Below are positions 47,868 through 57,338 of a stretch of DNA of 64,000 bases, piece by piece. A program made the translations under genes and the position numbers. The stretch covers positions 15,226 through 79,225 of the forward strand of contig JANQHR010000049.1 of NCBI GenBank assembly GCA_028282585.1, in the 5' to 3' direction. Numbering within the stretch: the first letter of the stretch is position 1; every line of letters begins with the position of its first letter. The DNA comes from Bacteroidales bacterium. GTDB taxonomy: Bacteria; Bacteroidota; Bacteroidia; Bacteroidales; UBA12077. The notes beneath the pieces are model-generated. The model saw nothing but the letters and a program-made list of their open reading frames with translations, ran no database searches and was not told the DNA's origin.

Positions 47868-48662
47868 ATGGAAGCTACAATTTTCGATATTAAACATTTT
47901 GCTGTGCACGATGGCCCGGGAATAAGGCAAACTGTATTTTTCAAAGGCTGCCCTTTAAAATGTTGGTGGTGCCATAACCCGGAAAGCCAGAGTAAAAATA
48001 TTGAATCCTTTACAAGAATTAATAGGCTTGATGGCAAAGAATTTAAAAAAGAGTCTCCTATTGGATATTCTATAACTATTGATGATTTATTTAAAACCAT
48101 TCAGGGCGATAAAATATTTTTTGAAGAATCCGGAGGGGGTGTTACTTTTTCAGGTGGTGAACCATTAATGCAAGCAGACTTTTTGTATGAAATCACAAAG
48201 CTTTGTAAAGAGAATGGAATTCACACCTGTATTGACACATCGGGATTTGCACCGGAAGAAACACTGCAAAAAATTGCAAAAATTGCAGATTGTTTTCTAT
48301 ATGACCTAAAAATTGTAGATAATTATTTACATTATAATTACACAAATACTCCGGTATTTGATATTATCTCAAACCTAAATTGGTTAGACCAAAATAATAA
48401 AAACGTTATTCTAAGGTTTCCTTTAATACCAGGAATAACTGACTCCCGGCAAAACCTTTCCGAAGTTAAATTATTTATTAAATCGCTTAAAAACATTCAT
48501 CAAATTGATATTTTACCATATCATGATATTGCCAATAGCAAATACAATAGGTTTAATAAAGAAAATTTAATGAAAGGTTCCGGCCTTATTCCAGAGGAGC
48601 AAATATCACATATTAAATCAGAATTTGAATCATTAGGGTTTAAGGTGGGTATTGGAGGATAA
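47868..48662 (+). CDS. glycyl-radical enzyme activating protein (radical SAM, PflA-like short form)
   Basis: 264 aa. GCPLKCWWCHNPES cluster motif, GGVTFSGGEP SAM motif. No CxxCxxCxxxC ferredoxin-type insertion after the radical SAM motif. Confidence 0.9.
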   Translation: MEATIFDIKHFAVHDGPGIRQTVFFKGCPLKCWWCHNPESQSKNIESFTRINRLDGKEFKKESPIGYSITIDDLFKTIQGDKIFFEESGGGVTFSGGEPLMQADFLYEITKLCKENGIHTCIDTSGFAPEETLQKIAKIADCFLYDLKIVDNYLHYNYTNTPVFDIISNLNWLDQNNKNVILRFPLIPGITDSRQNLSEVKLFIKSLKNIHQIDILPYHDIANSKYNRFNKENLMKGSGLIPEEQISHIKSEFESLGFKVGIGG

Positions 48663-48716
48663 ACAAATAAAATTCCTGCTGGTGTAGGAATCTTAAAAAA
48701 ATTAAAATAGATAATC

Positions 48717-51080
48717 ATGAATTCACGAATAAAAAACTTAAGAGGCGAAAGCTTAATGGCAACAAATACATTATCTCCGGAAAGAGCCATTTTGCTGACT
48801 AAATTTTATAAAAATGAAATGGGTGATAAATCATCCATACCGGTAAAACGAGCTAAAGCCTTTAAATATATATTGGAAAATAAAAAGATCTGCATAAACC
48901 AAAATGAATTAATTGTTGGAGAACGTGGGCCTGTAGCTAAAGCCACACCAACATACCCCGAAGTAAGCTTGCATTCGTTAAAAGATTTGGAAATCCTTGA
49001 TACCAGGCCAAAAGTTTGGTTTAAAGTCGATGATGAAACCAAAAAAGTTTATGAAAACGATATCATACCTTTCTGGAAAGGCAATACGCAACGCGATAAA
49101 ATGTTTGGATTATTGCCTGATGAATGGAAAGCAGCGTATGAGGCAGGTATTTTTACCGAATTTCAAGAGCAGAGGGCACCAGGGCATACAGTTGCAGGCA
49201 AAAAGATTTTTCAAAAAGGAATGTTGGATTTAAAGAAAGAAATTAAGGATTCAATAGAAAAATTTAAAACATCAAATGGCCCGGAAGCTCAAGGCAAAAT
49301 TGAAGAACTAAAGGCAATGGATATTGCAGCAGATGCTATTATAACTTTTGCGCACAGGCATACAATGGCTTTAATTAGCTTAGCTGAAGTTGAAGAAAAT
49401 GAAGGGCGAAAGGCCGAGTTAATTAAGATGGCAAGAGTTTGCCGAAAAGTTCCGGCGAATGCACCCGAAACATTTCATGAAATGCTTCAACATTATTGGT
49501 TCATTCATTTGGGGGTAATAACTGAAGTAAACCCATGGGATTCATTTAATCCTGGCCGTTTAGACCAGCATTTGTACCCATTTTATAAACAAGAAATTGA
49601 AAATGGAACGTTAACAAAAGAATCAGCAATTGAGTTATTACAGGCTTTTTGGGTAAAATTTAATAACCACCCGTCTCCACCTAAAATGGGAGTAACAGCC
49701 TTGGAAAGCAATACCTATACTGATTTTTCATTGATTAATTTGGGCGGGTTAAAAGAAGATGGTACGGATGCTGTAAATGAACTAACCTATATCTTACTTG
49801 ATGTAATTGAAGAAATGAGAATCCTTCAACCAAGCTCCATGGTGCAGCTAAGTAAAAAGAACCCGGATAAATTTATACAGCGTGCTATTCAAATTACAAA
49901 AACCGGCTTTGGGCAGCCATCCATATTTAATACAGATGCAATTATTAAGGAATTGGTTAATCAAGGAAAAGACATTATTGACGCTCGAAATGGCGGCGCC
50001 AGTGGATGTGTGGAAACGGGTGCTTTTGGAACCGAAAGCTACATTTTAACCGGGTATTTCAATTTAAACAAGATACTTGAAATAACTCTTTACAACGGAA
50101 CTGACCCACGAACAGGAAAAGAAATTGGGTTAAAAACAGGCAACCCAAGAAATTTCCAAACTATTGATGAACTTTTAGAAGCTTATAAAAAGCAACTAAA
50201 TTATTTTGCTTATATCAAATTGAAAGGTAATAACATAATTGAAAAGCTTTATGCAGAGAAATTGCCTGTTCCATTCTTATCTCTCATCATTGAGGATTGT
50301 ATTTCAAATGGGATTGATTATAATGCTGGAGGTGCGCGTTATAATACCAGTTATGTTCAAGGAGTTGGGTTAGGCAGCGTTACTGATAACCTGGCCTCAA
50401 TAAAGTATAATGTTTTTGATAAGAAAAAAGTAAGTCTGGATGAACTGTTAAATGCATTGAATGCCAACTTTGAAGGATTTGAACAACTTCGCCATGATTT
50501 GGTTTATGAAACCCCAAAATATGGCAACGACGATGATTATGCAGACCAGCATTCGGTGTTTGTTTTCAATACGTTTTATGATGCTGTTAATGGAAAGCCG
50601 ACATACCGCGGAGGCAAGTATAGAATAAATATGTTGCCTACAACAAGCCATGTTTACTTTGGAAGCGTTATGAAAGCTACACCGGATGGGCGCAAAGAAT
50701 TTGAACCTCTATCTGAAGGGATAAGCCCATTTCAGGGTGCAGATAAAAAAGGGCCCACAGCTGTTTTAAAATCAGCTGCAAAAATTGACCATATAAAAAC
50801 TGGTGGAACTTTGTTGAATCAAAAATTTTCTCCATCCTTTTTTAAAGATGAAGAAAGCATTGAAAAATTATCCTACCTGGTAAGAAGTTATTTTAGAATG
50901 GAGGGGCACCATATCCAGTTTAATGTGGTTAATGCAAAAACTTTACGCGATGCTCAAAAACATCCTGAAAAATATACAGATTTAATTGTTCGTGTTGCAG
51001 GTTACAGCGATTATTTCAATGACCTTGGAGAAGGGCTACAAAATGAGATCATCCGAAGAACAGAACATGAAGAAATATAA
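48717..51080 (+). CDS. hypD: glycyl radical enzyme, trans-4-hydroxy-L-proline dehydratase (HypD)-type
   Basis: 787 aa. Cys loop GGASGCVETGAFG and Gly-radical motif RVAGYSDYF. F149, H157, D275, S331, F337, C431, E433, Y447, T642 and G762 match the C. difficile HypD active-site positions I remember (F152, H160, D278, S334, F340, C434, E436, Y450, T645, G765) at a constant -3 offset. Confidence 0.8.
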   Translation: MNSRIKNLRGESLMATNTLSPERAILLTKFYKNEMGDKSSIPVKRAKAFKYILENKKICINQNELIVGERGPVAKATPTYPEVSLHSLKDLEILDTRPKVWFKVDDETKKVYENDIIPFWKGNTQRDKMFGLLPDEWKAAYEAGIFTEFQEQRAPGHTVAGKKIFQKGMLDLKKEIKDSIEKFKTSNGPEAQGKIEELKAMDIAADAIITFAHRHTMALISLAEVEENEGRKAELIKMARVCRKVPANAPETFHEMLQHYWFIHLGVITEVNPWDSFNPGRLDQHLYPFYKQEIENGTLTKESAIELLQAFWVKFNNHPSPPKMGVTALESNTYTDFSLINLGGLKEDGTDAVNELTYILLDVIEEMRILQPSSMVQLSKKNPDKFIQRAIQITKTGFGQPSIFNTDAIIKELVNQGKDIIDARNGGASGCVETGAFGTESYILTGYFNLNKILEITLYNGTDPRTGKEIGLKTGNPRNFQTIDELLEAYKKQLNYFAYIKLKGNNIIEKLYAEKLPVPFLSLIIEDCISNGIDYNAGGARYNTSYVQGVGLGSVTDNLASIKYNVFDKKKVSLDELLNALNANFEGFEQLRHDLVYETPKYGNDDDYADQHSVFVFNTFYDAVNGKPTYRGGKYRINMLPTTSHVYFGSVMKATPDGRKEFEPLSEGISPFQGADKKGPTAVLKSAAKIDHIKTGGTLLNQKFSPSFFKDEESIEKLSYLVRSYFRMEGHHIQFNVVNAKTLRDAQKHPEKYTDLIVRVAGYSDYFNDLGEGLQNEIIRRTEHEEI

Positions 51081-51173
51081 TTAGTTACAAATTAAAGATT
51101 TCAAATTTTACGTTCACTTAAATTTTGAATTTGAAACCTGGAATTTAAAATATATTAATATCAATCATCAACC

Positions 51174-53456
51174 ATGAGAAAAATATATTCAATCATCTTA
51201 ATTACCTGTGCTTTATCTAAAATTATACTAGCTCAAGGAACACTTGAAGACTATCAAAGAGCGGAAAAGTTTTTGCATTTTAATGTTTACAATTTGGTTC
51301 AGAACCTTTATTTAAATGCCAACTGGATTGATAAATCAAGCAATTTCTGGTATAAAACGGAATTGGAAAACGGGCATCGTTTTATACTTGTTTTACCTGA
51401 AAAAAATGAAGTTAAACCTGCATTTAGCCATCAGAAATTAGCTGAACTGCTGGAAAACAAACTTAATGAAAAAATGAATCCTGACTCTCTCCCATTTTCT
51501 AAAATTAAGTTCAAAGACGAAATGAAAACCATCCTTTTTAAGGTTGATACGCTAAACTTTAAGTATGAGATAAAGAAAAACGAGCTTTCCATATATACAC
51601 CAAAAAAGGATGAACTAAAAAAGAATGAATCAAAATCACCAGATGGAAAATGGATTGCATTTGTTAAAGATTATAACCTTTACTTAAGAGACACAAAATC
51701 TAAGGAAGAATTCCAATTAACCTTTGATGGAATGGACAGGTATGATTATGCTTCTCCTATTTCCTGGTATAAAACTGTTGATGAATCCAAAGGAGATACA
51801 TACGATCCTGAAATATGGGTTAAATGGTCGCCTAACTCAAAAAAGTTTGTTGCAACCAAGTTAGATAGAAGGAACGCAAAAAAACTATATATGTACCAGT
51901 CTCTTCCTGATAGCGGAATGCGGGCAAAAGTATGGTCCTACGAAAGAGCATTGCCAGGAGAAGATTTACCGTTGCAAGAATATTATATTTTTGATGTTGA
52001 AACAAAAACAAATGTAAAAGCCAACCTAGAGCCTTTAGAAGACTTGTGGGCTGGATTTACACCAAACTGGGCTGAGGATAGTAAAACATTCTATTTTGCT
52101 CAAATGGCAAGGTACTACAAAGCTCTTGGTTTATATTTTATTGACTCTGAAACAGGAACTGTTAGAAATATTATCCATGAAGATGCAAACACCATGATTG
52201 AATATCAAATGGTAGGTTGCAAACTCATCAATAATGGAGAAAAAGTAGTTTGGATGTCGGAACGTGATGGATGGAGCCATTTGTATTTGTATGACGGAAA
52301 GACTGGTGAATTAATAAACCAGGTTACAAAAGGTGAATTTGTTGTACGAGAAATAAATTTTATAGATGAGAAAAATGAAATAATATATTTTACTGCTGGA
52401 GGAGTTGAAAAAGGCCGTGACCCCTATTATAAACATCTATACAAAATAAACTATGATGGTTCTGGAATGGAATTATTAACTCCTGAAGATGCTGAACATG
52501 AAATTCAATTCTCTCCAGATTATAAGTATTTTATCGATAATTATTCCCGGGTTGATTTAAAACCAAAAGCAGTTTTAAGAAGGTTATCAGATGGCAAATT
52601 AATAAAGGAATTACAAGAATCTAACATTGATAAATTAATCGCAACCGGTTGGAAATATCCTGAAAGGTTTACAGTTAAAGCCCGTGATGGCAAAACAGGC
52701 CTTTATGGAATTTTACAATATCCATCTACCTTTAACCCTAGAAAGAAATATCCTATAATTAACAACTCCTATTCTGGCCCTCAGGCAGTTAATGTTCCAA
52801 AATCATTCCGCCGTGGAATATGGAATGACTGGGCACCATTAGCTGAAGTTGGTTTTCTGGTTATGCGCATTGACGGTATGGGAACTGCCATGCGTTCAAA
52901 AGCATTTCATGACGTTTCGTACAAAAATTTGGGCGATATTGGTGGGCCTGACCATATAGCCGGGATAAGGCAATTGGCCGAAAGGTACGAGTATATTGAT
53001 ACTACAAAAATTGGAATATTTGGGTTTTCGGCAGGAGGTTATGATGCAGCTCGTGCAATATTGAAATACCCTGCCTTTTACAAGGTAGCTGTGGCATCCG
53101 CTGGAAATCACGACCACAGAATGGCTAAAGCGTGGTGGCCAGAGCAATATATGGGTGAACCCGGCAACCACTATATAGAACAATCCAATTTAACTTTAGC
53201 TAAGAATTTAAAAGGAAAGCTTTTACTCATACATGGCGATATGGATAATAACGTTAATCCTGCATCGTCATATAGATTAGCAGCTGAATTGGTGAAAAAC
53301 AACAAAGATTTTGATTTAATAATCATCCCAAACGCCAATCACGACTTAACATGGAGGAGTAAATATGCAACTCGAAGGCGTATGGATTATTTTGTAGAAC
53401 ACCTTTGGGGTATTAAACCTCCGAAAGAATTTGAATTCAAAGAGTATAAAAAGTGA
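51174..53456 (+). CDS. S9 family serine peptidase, dipeptidyl-peptidase IV-like
   Basis: 760 aa. Signal peptide, DPP-IV-type beta-propeller N-terminal region, nucleophile box GFSAGGY, then a C-terminal Asp (GDMDNNV) and His (NANHD). Confidence 0.85.
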   Translation: MRKIYSIILITCALSKIILAQGTLEDYQRAEKFLHFNVYNLVQNLYLNANWIDKSSNFWYKTELENGHRFILVLPEKNEVKPAFSHQKLAELLENKLNEKMNPDSLPFSKIKFKDEMKTILFKVDTLNFKYEIKKNELSIYTPKKDELKKNESKSPDGKWIAFVKDYNLYLRDTKSKEEFQLTFDGMDRYDYASPISWYKTVDESKGDTYDPEIWVKWSPNSKKFVATKLDRRNAKKLYMYQSLPDSGMRAKVWSYERALPGEDLPLQEYYIFDVETKTNVKANLEPLEDLWAGFTPNWAEDSKTFYFAQMARYYKALGLYFIDSETGTVRNIIHEDANTMIEYQMVGCKLINNGEKVVWMSERDGWSHLYLYDGKTGELINQVTKGEFVVREINFIDEKNEIIYFTAGGVEKGRDPYYKHLYKINYDGSGMELLTPEDAEHEIQFSPDYKYFIDNYSRVDLKPKAVLRRLSDGKLIKELQESNIDKLIATGWKYPERFTVKARDGKTGLYGILQYPSTFNPRKKYPIINNSYSGPQAVNVPKSFRRGIWNDWAPLAEVGFLVMRIDGMGTAMRSKAFHDVSYKNLGDIGGPDHIAGIRQLAERYEYIDTTKIGIFGFSAGGYDAARAILKYPAFYKVAVASAGNHDHRMAKAWWPEQYMGEPGNHYIEQSNLTLAKNLKGKLLLIHGDMDNNVNPASSYRLAAELVKNNKDFDLIIIPNANHDLTWRSKYATRRRMDYFVEHLWGIKPPKEFEFKEYKK

Positions 53457-53594
53457 TCTAAAGTACTTAAAGTTAAGAGTTAAAAAATGTCATTCATTTT
53501 AGGCATTTTAGGCACTCAAGGCAATTATTAAATAAAGATAAAAATCACTAGATCCATTAAAGAAATTAATAATATTAAAATAAAAAGTAAAATT

Positions 53595-54986
53595 ATGTTC
53601 AGTAAAGAAACCTATATAAACAGGCGCAAACAATTAAAAGGGCAAATTGATTCCGGAATTCTTCTTTTTCTTGGAAACGAAGAAAGTTCAATGAATTATG
53701 CAGATAATACCTATAGGTTCAGGCAAGATAGTTCATTTCTTTATTATTTTGGCTTAGACTATCCTGGATTAGTAGGAATTATAGACGTTGACAATGATAA
53801 AGATTATATTTTCGGAGATGATTTAACCATTGACCATATTGTATGGATGGGTTCTCAACCCACAATTAAAGAAAGAAGTGAAAAAGCTGGTATCCAAAAC
53901 ACAGGCCAAATGGATGAAATGCTCGGTTTTTTGAAATCGGCTCAAGAAAAAAATAGAAAAATTCACTTTTTACCTGCATACCGCCCTGAGCATCAAATAA
54001 AGCTCCATAATTGGTTGGGTATTCCAATAAATGATACTCTTAAGCATTCTTCGATTTACATGATCGTTGCTGTCGGAGAACAAAGAAATATTAAATCAAC
54101 AGAAGAAATTGAACAACTGGAACAGGTTGTAAGTGTAACAGCTGATATGCATTTGGCAGCCATGAGGTTTGCCAAACCAGGCATGTCAGAAGCTCAAGTA
54201 GCAGCTAAAGTTCATGAAGTAGCACAAGCTGCTGGCGGAGATATATCATTCCCGATTATTGCAACCATAAATGGGCAAACCCTGCACAACCATTATCATG
54301 GAAATACAATAAAAGAAGGCGATTTATTTTTATTAGATGCAGGTGCTGAAAATAAACTAAGGTATGCTGGAGACATGTCAAGTACATTCCCTGTTTCACG
54401 AAGATTTACCGAAAAGCAAAAGGAGATTTACCAAATAGCATTAAATGCCCACGATTCGGCAATTGAAGCTTTAAAGCCAGGAGTAAATTTCAAACAAATT
54501 CACTTTACTGCTGCACGCACAATATTCGATGGGTTAAAGGAATTAGGGTTTACAAAAGGTAATACTGAAGAAGCAATTTATGAAGGGGCCCATGCCCTGT
54601 TCTTTCCATGTGGCACAGGCCATTTAATGGGTTTAGATGTTCACGACATGGAAAACCTTGGCGAACAATATGTTGGGTATGCAGGCGAACCTAAAAGCAC
54701 TCTATTCGGCTTAAAATCATTACGCTTAGGCCGTGAATTAAAACCTGGCTATGTATTAACTATCGAACCTGGAATTTACTTCATACCGGAATTAATCGAA
54801 CTTTGGAAATCTCAAAACAAATTCACTGAATTTATTAATTATGATAAGGTAGAAGAATATAAAGACTTTGGAGGTACTCGAAACGAAGAAGATATTTTAA
54901 TTACGGATGATGGTTATAAAATATTAGGTAAACCACTAGCTAAAACCATTAAAGAAGTGGAAATTGAACGTGCAAAAGCATTTTAA
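53595..54986 (+). CDS. Xaa-Pro aminopeptidase / prolidase (M24B)
   Basis: 463 aa. AMP_N-type N-terminal domain and pita-bread metal ligands in DAGAENKLRYAGDMSSTF, HLMGLDVHD, EPGIY and NEEDIL. Confidence 0.85.
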   Translation: MFSKETYINRRKQLKGQIDSGILLFLGNEESSMNYADNTYRFRQDSSFLYYFGLDYPGLVGIIDVDNDKDYIFGDDLTIDHIVWMGSQPTIKERSEKAGIQNTGQMDEMLGFLKSAQEKNRKIHFLPAYRPEHQIKLHNWLGIPINDTLKHSSIYMIVAVGEQRNIKSTEEIEQLEQVVSVTADMHLAAMRFAKPGMSEAQVAAKVHEVAQAAGGDISFPIIATINGQTLHNHYHGNTIKEGDLFLLDAGAENKLRYAGDMSSTFPVSRRFTEKQKEIYQIALNAHDSAIEALKPGVNFKQIHFTAARTIFDGLKELGFTKGNTEEAIYEGAHALFFPCGTGHLMGLDVHDMENLGEQYVGYAGEPKSTLFGLKSLRLGRELKPGYVLTIEPGIYFIPELIELWKSQNKFTEFINYDKVEEYKDFGGTRNEEDILITDDGYKILGKPLAKTIKEVEIERAKAF

Positions 54987-54995
54987 AGAATTACC

Positions 54996-55047
54996 GGAAT
55001 AATGGAGTAATGAATTAGGTATCGTTTTTCCATAAATCCATTATTCC
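54996..55047 (+). terminator. 11 bp perfect inverted repeat after the aminopeptidase gene
   Basis: GGAATAATGGA ... TCCATTATTCC with a 30 nt loop, followed by ATTTATCTTT. Confidence 0.4.
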
Positions 55048-55082
55048 ATTTATCTTTACCATTAAAATTAATCTTTTTTAAA

Positions 55083-56045
55083 ATGTTAGTTATAAGCGAA
55101 CAAGATATAATAAATGCTGTTGAGCCAATTGAATACATTAGTGCTATCGAAAAAGCATATGTAATTCAGGATAAAGCAACTACAAATATCCCTAACAGGA
55201 TGCACATTGATAATGATGAAAATACTTTATTGGTAATGCCAGGATTTATCGAAAGCGTATTCGGAACAAAGCTGGTTTCATTGTTTCCTAAAAATCTTGA
55301 AAAAGAAGAACCTGTTTTAAAAGGTGTAATGGTATTAAATGATGCTGGCACAGGCAAACCGTTAGCAATAATTAATGGAAATAAACTAACAGCTATGAGA
55401 ACAGGAGCTGTTGGTGCAACAGCTGTTAAATACCTTGCCCCTTTTGATTCAAAAACCTTAGGAATTATTGGAGCTGGAGTACAAGCATACCACCAAGCAC
55501 TGTTGATAAGCACTGTCAGGCCTTTTCAAAAGATAATAATCTGCGACAAAAACCTTAGCAAAGCAGAAGTTTTAAAAAGCGGTTTACAAGAAAGATTAGG
55601 GAATATTGGAATTACAGCTACCAATGATTCTAACCAAACTATATTAGGTTCGGATGTTATTGTAACTGCTACCTCATCATATAAACCGGTATTTAATACC
55701 AACATTGAGAATCTTGAGAAAAAATACTTTTTTGCTATTGGTTCATATAAACCCGATATGCAAGAAGTTCCTTTACCGGTTTATGAAAAACTTGATAAGG
55801 TATATGTTGATACATTGCATGCCAAAGAAGAATGTGGCGATATAAAAATTCCGCTTGAAAAAGGTATGATAAAAGATGAAGATGTAATTCCTTTTAGTTC
55901 AGTTTTGACAAGTGGAGAGTTACTTGAACAATCATCTTTATGTTTGTTTAAATCTGTGGGTATGTCCTTGTTTGACTTAACCGTTGCAGAGTTAATTTAT
56001 AATAGTGCTAAAGAAAAAGGCTTGGGGCAAGAAGTAAAAATTTAA
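55083..56045 (+). CDS. ornithine cyclodeaminase/mu-crystallin family protein (candidate pyrroline-2-carboxylate reductase)
   Basis: 320 aa. Rossmann motif GIIGAGVQA, OCD_Mu_crystall-like length and pattern. The function is inferred from the adjacent dehydratase. Confidence 0.75.
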   Translation: MLVISEQDIINAVEPIEYISAIEKAYVIQDKATTNIPNRMHIDNDENTLLVMPGFIESVFGTKLVSLFPKNLEKEEPVLKGVMVLNDAGTGKPLAIINGNKLTAMRTGAVGATAVKYLAPFDSKTLGIIGAGVQAYHQALLISTVRPFQKIIICDKNLSKAEVLKSGLQERLGNIGITATNDSNQTILGSDVIVTATSSYKPVFNTNIENLEKKYFFAIGSYKPDMQEVPLPVYEKLDKVYVDTLHAKEECGDIKIPLEKGMIKDEDVIPFSSVLTSGELLEQSSLCLFKSVGMSLFDLTVAELIYNSAKEKGLGQEVKI

Positions 56046-56072
56046 ACACACCTTAACTTGATGAATGTAAAT

Positions 56073-56126
56073 GTCATGCTGAGCCTGTCGAAGTATGGCA
56101 TCACTCTTCGACAAGCTCAGAGTGAC
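56073..56126. repeat. REP-like palindromic element (GTCATGCTGAGCCTGTCGAAG ... CTTCGACAAGCTCAGAGTGAC)
   Basis: 21 nt arms with 18/21 complementary positions and a 12 nt loop. Its translations give the FDKLRVT and HSELVEE pseudo-peptides seen in intergenic repeats of many genomes (from memory). Single copy in this window. Confidence 0.65.
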
Positions 56127-57183
56127 AATATTTATAAATGTGAACAAAATACTTAAAAACTGGAAATGGAGCCCTCCAGAAAGCTGGTTGAAAATCAAAA
56201 CCATTGACCTGCATACTGGAGGCGAACCTTTGCGAGTATACACGAATGGATTGCCTCATATTCAAGGCAAAACAATTCTGGAAAAAAGAAGGTATTTTCG
56301 GGATAATTTTGATTTTATCAGAACAGGCACAATGTTCGAGCCCCGGGGGCACGCAGATATGTATGGAGCAATTATTACTGAACCTACCACGAAAGATGCA
56401 GATTTTGGGGCTTTCTTTTTACACAATGAAGGTTACAGCACTATGTGTGGCCACGCTATAATTGCTTTAACAAAATTGGTTTTAGATACTGGCATGATAA
56501 CAAAGAATGGCGAGGAACCTGAATTAGTAATTAATGCACCTCCCGGTAAAATATTTGCTAAAGCTTTTCGCAAAAACGGACTTGTTGCGAGAATTAGTTT
56601 TAAAAACGTACCTTCATTTTTGTATTTAAAAGATAAAACCATTGATGTGCCTGAAATAGGTAGAGTAAAGTTCGATGTTGCTTTTGGAGGTGCTTTTTAC
56701 GCTTTTTGCGATGCTGATGAGTTGGGGTTGAAAATAGATGAATCAGATTATAACCGCTTAATCGATTATGGGAAAAAAATAAAATATGCTGTAATGGAAA
56801 ATTACGAAATCAAGCACCCTTTCGAAGAAGACTTAAGCTTTTTATACGGAACCATTTTCACAGGAAAGGCATATAACTTAAACCACCACAGCCGAAATGC
56901 GTGTATCTTTGCTGAAGGCGAAGTTGACCGTTCCCCTACAGGCTCAGGAGTTAGTGCCAGGGCAGCATTGCATTACGCAAAAGGAGAGTTAAACACAAAT
57001 GAAAAAATCACCATAGAAAGTATCTTAGGCACAACAATGGATGTTGAAATAATAGATCAAACAAATTTTGGGCCTCACCAGGCTATAATACCGGAAGTTA
57101 CGGGAAATGCCTTTATTACAGGGCAGAATGAATTTTATTTTGACCCTAACGACCCTTTAAAAAAAGGTTTTATCTTTAGGTGA
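56095..57183 (+). CDS. proline racemase superfamily enzyme, Cys/Thr type (trans-3-hydroxy-L-proline dehydratase-like)
   Basis: First catalytic Cys in STMCGHA. The second catalytic position is Thr in DRSPTGSG, where racemases and epimerases have SPCGT. The listed ATG 56095 lies in the loop of the REP-like hairpin, so in-frame GTG 56140 (VNKILKNWKWSPP...) is a more plausible start. Confidence 0.8.
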   Translation: MASLFDKLRVTIFINVNKILKNWKWSPPESWLKIKTIDLHTGGEPLRVYTNGLPHIQGKTILEKRRYFRDNFDFIRTGTMFEPRGHADMYGAIITEPTTKDADFGAFFLHNEGYSTMCGHAIIALTKLVLDTGMITKNGEEPELVINAPPGKIFAKAFRKNGLVARISFKNVPSFLYLKDKTIDVPEIGRVKFDVAFGGAFYAFCDADELGLKIDESDYNRLIDYGKKIKYAVMENYEIKHPFEEDLSFLYGTIFTGKAYNLNHHSRNACIFAEGEVDRSPTGSGVSARAALHYAKGELNTNEKITIESILGTTMDVEIIDQTNFGPHQAIIPEVTGNAFITGQNEFYFDPNDPLKKGFIFR

Positions 57184-57338
57184 TTTCTAATTTTTTACAA
57201 TTAAGGATACGTTTCATACGTTAATTAAAACCTGATGGCTACAAACAGAAAAGATAGAAAAATAAATAACTCGTTTATCTAAATCCTGTGCATCAAGTTA
57301 AATGAAAAAGGTTAAACATATAAAAAAACAACAAAACC

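Noticed and set aside
47743-48100. ORFs 47743..47925+ and 47849..48100- around the start of the GRE activase gene.
   Set aside because: Both overlap the well-supported activase CDS or its leader and have no motifs. The ATG at 47868 gives the canonical activase N-terminus (FDIKHFAVHDGPGIR...CPLKCWWC).
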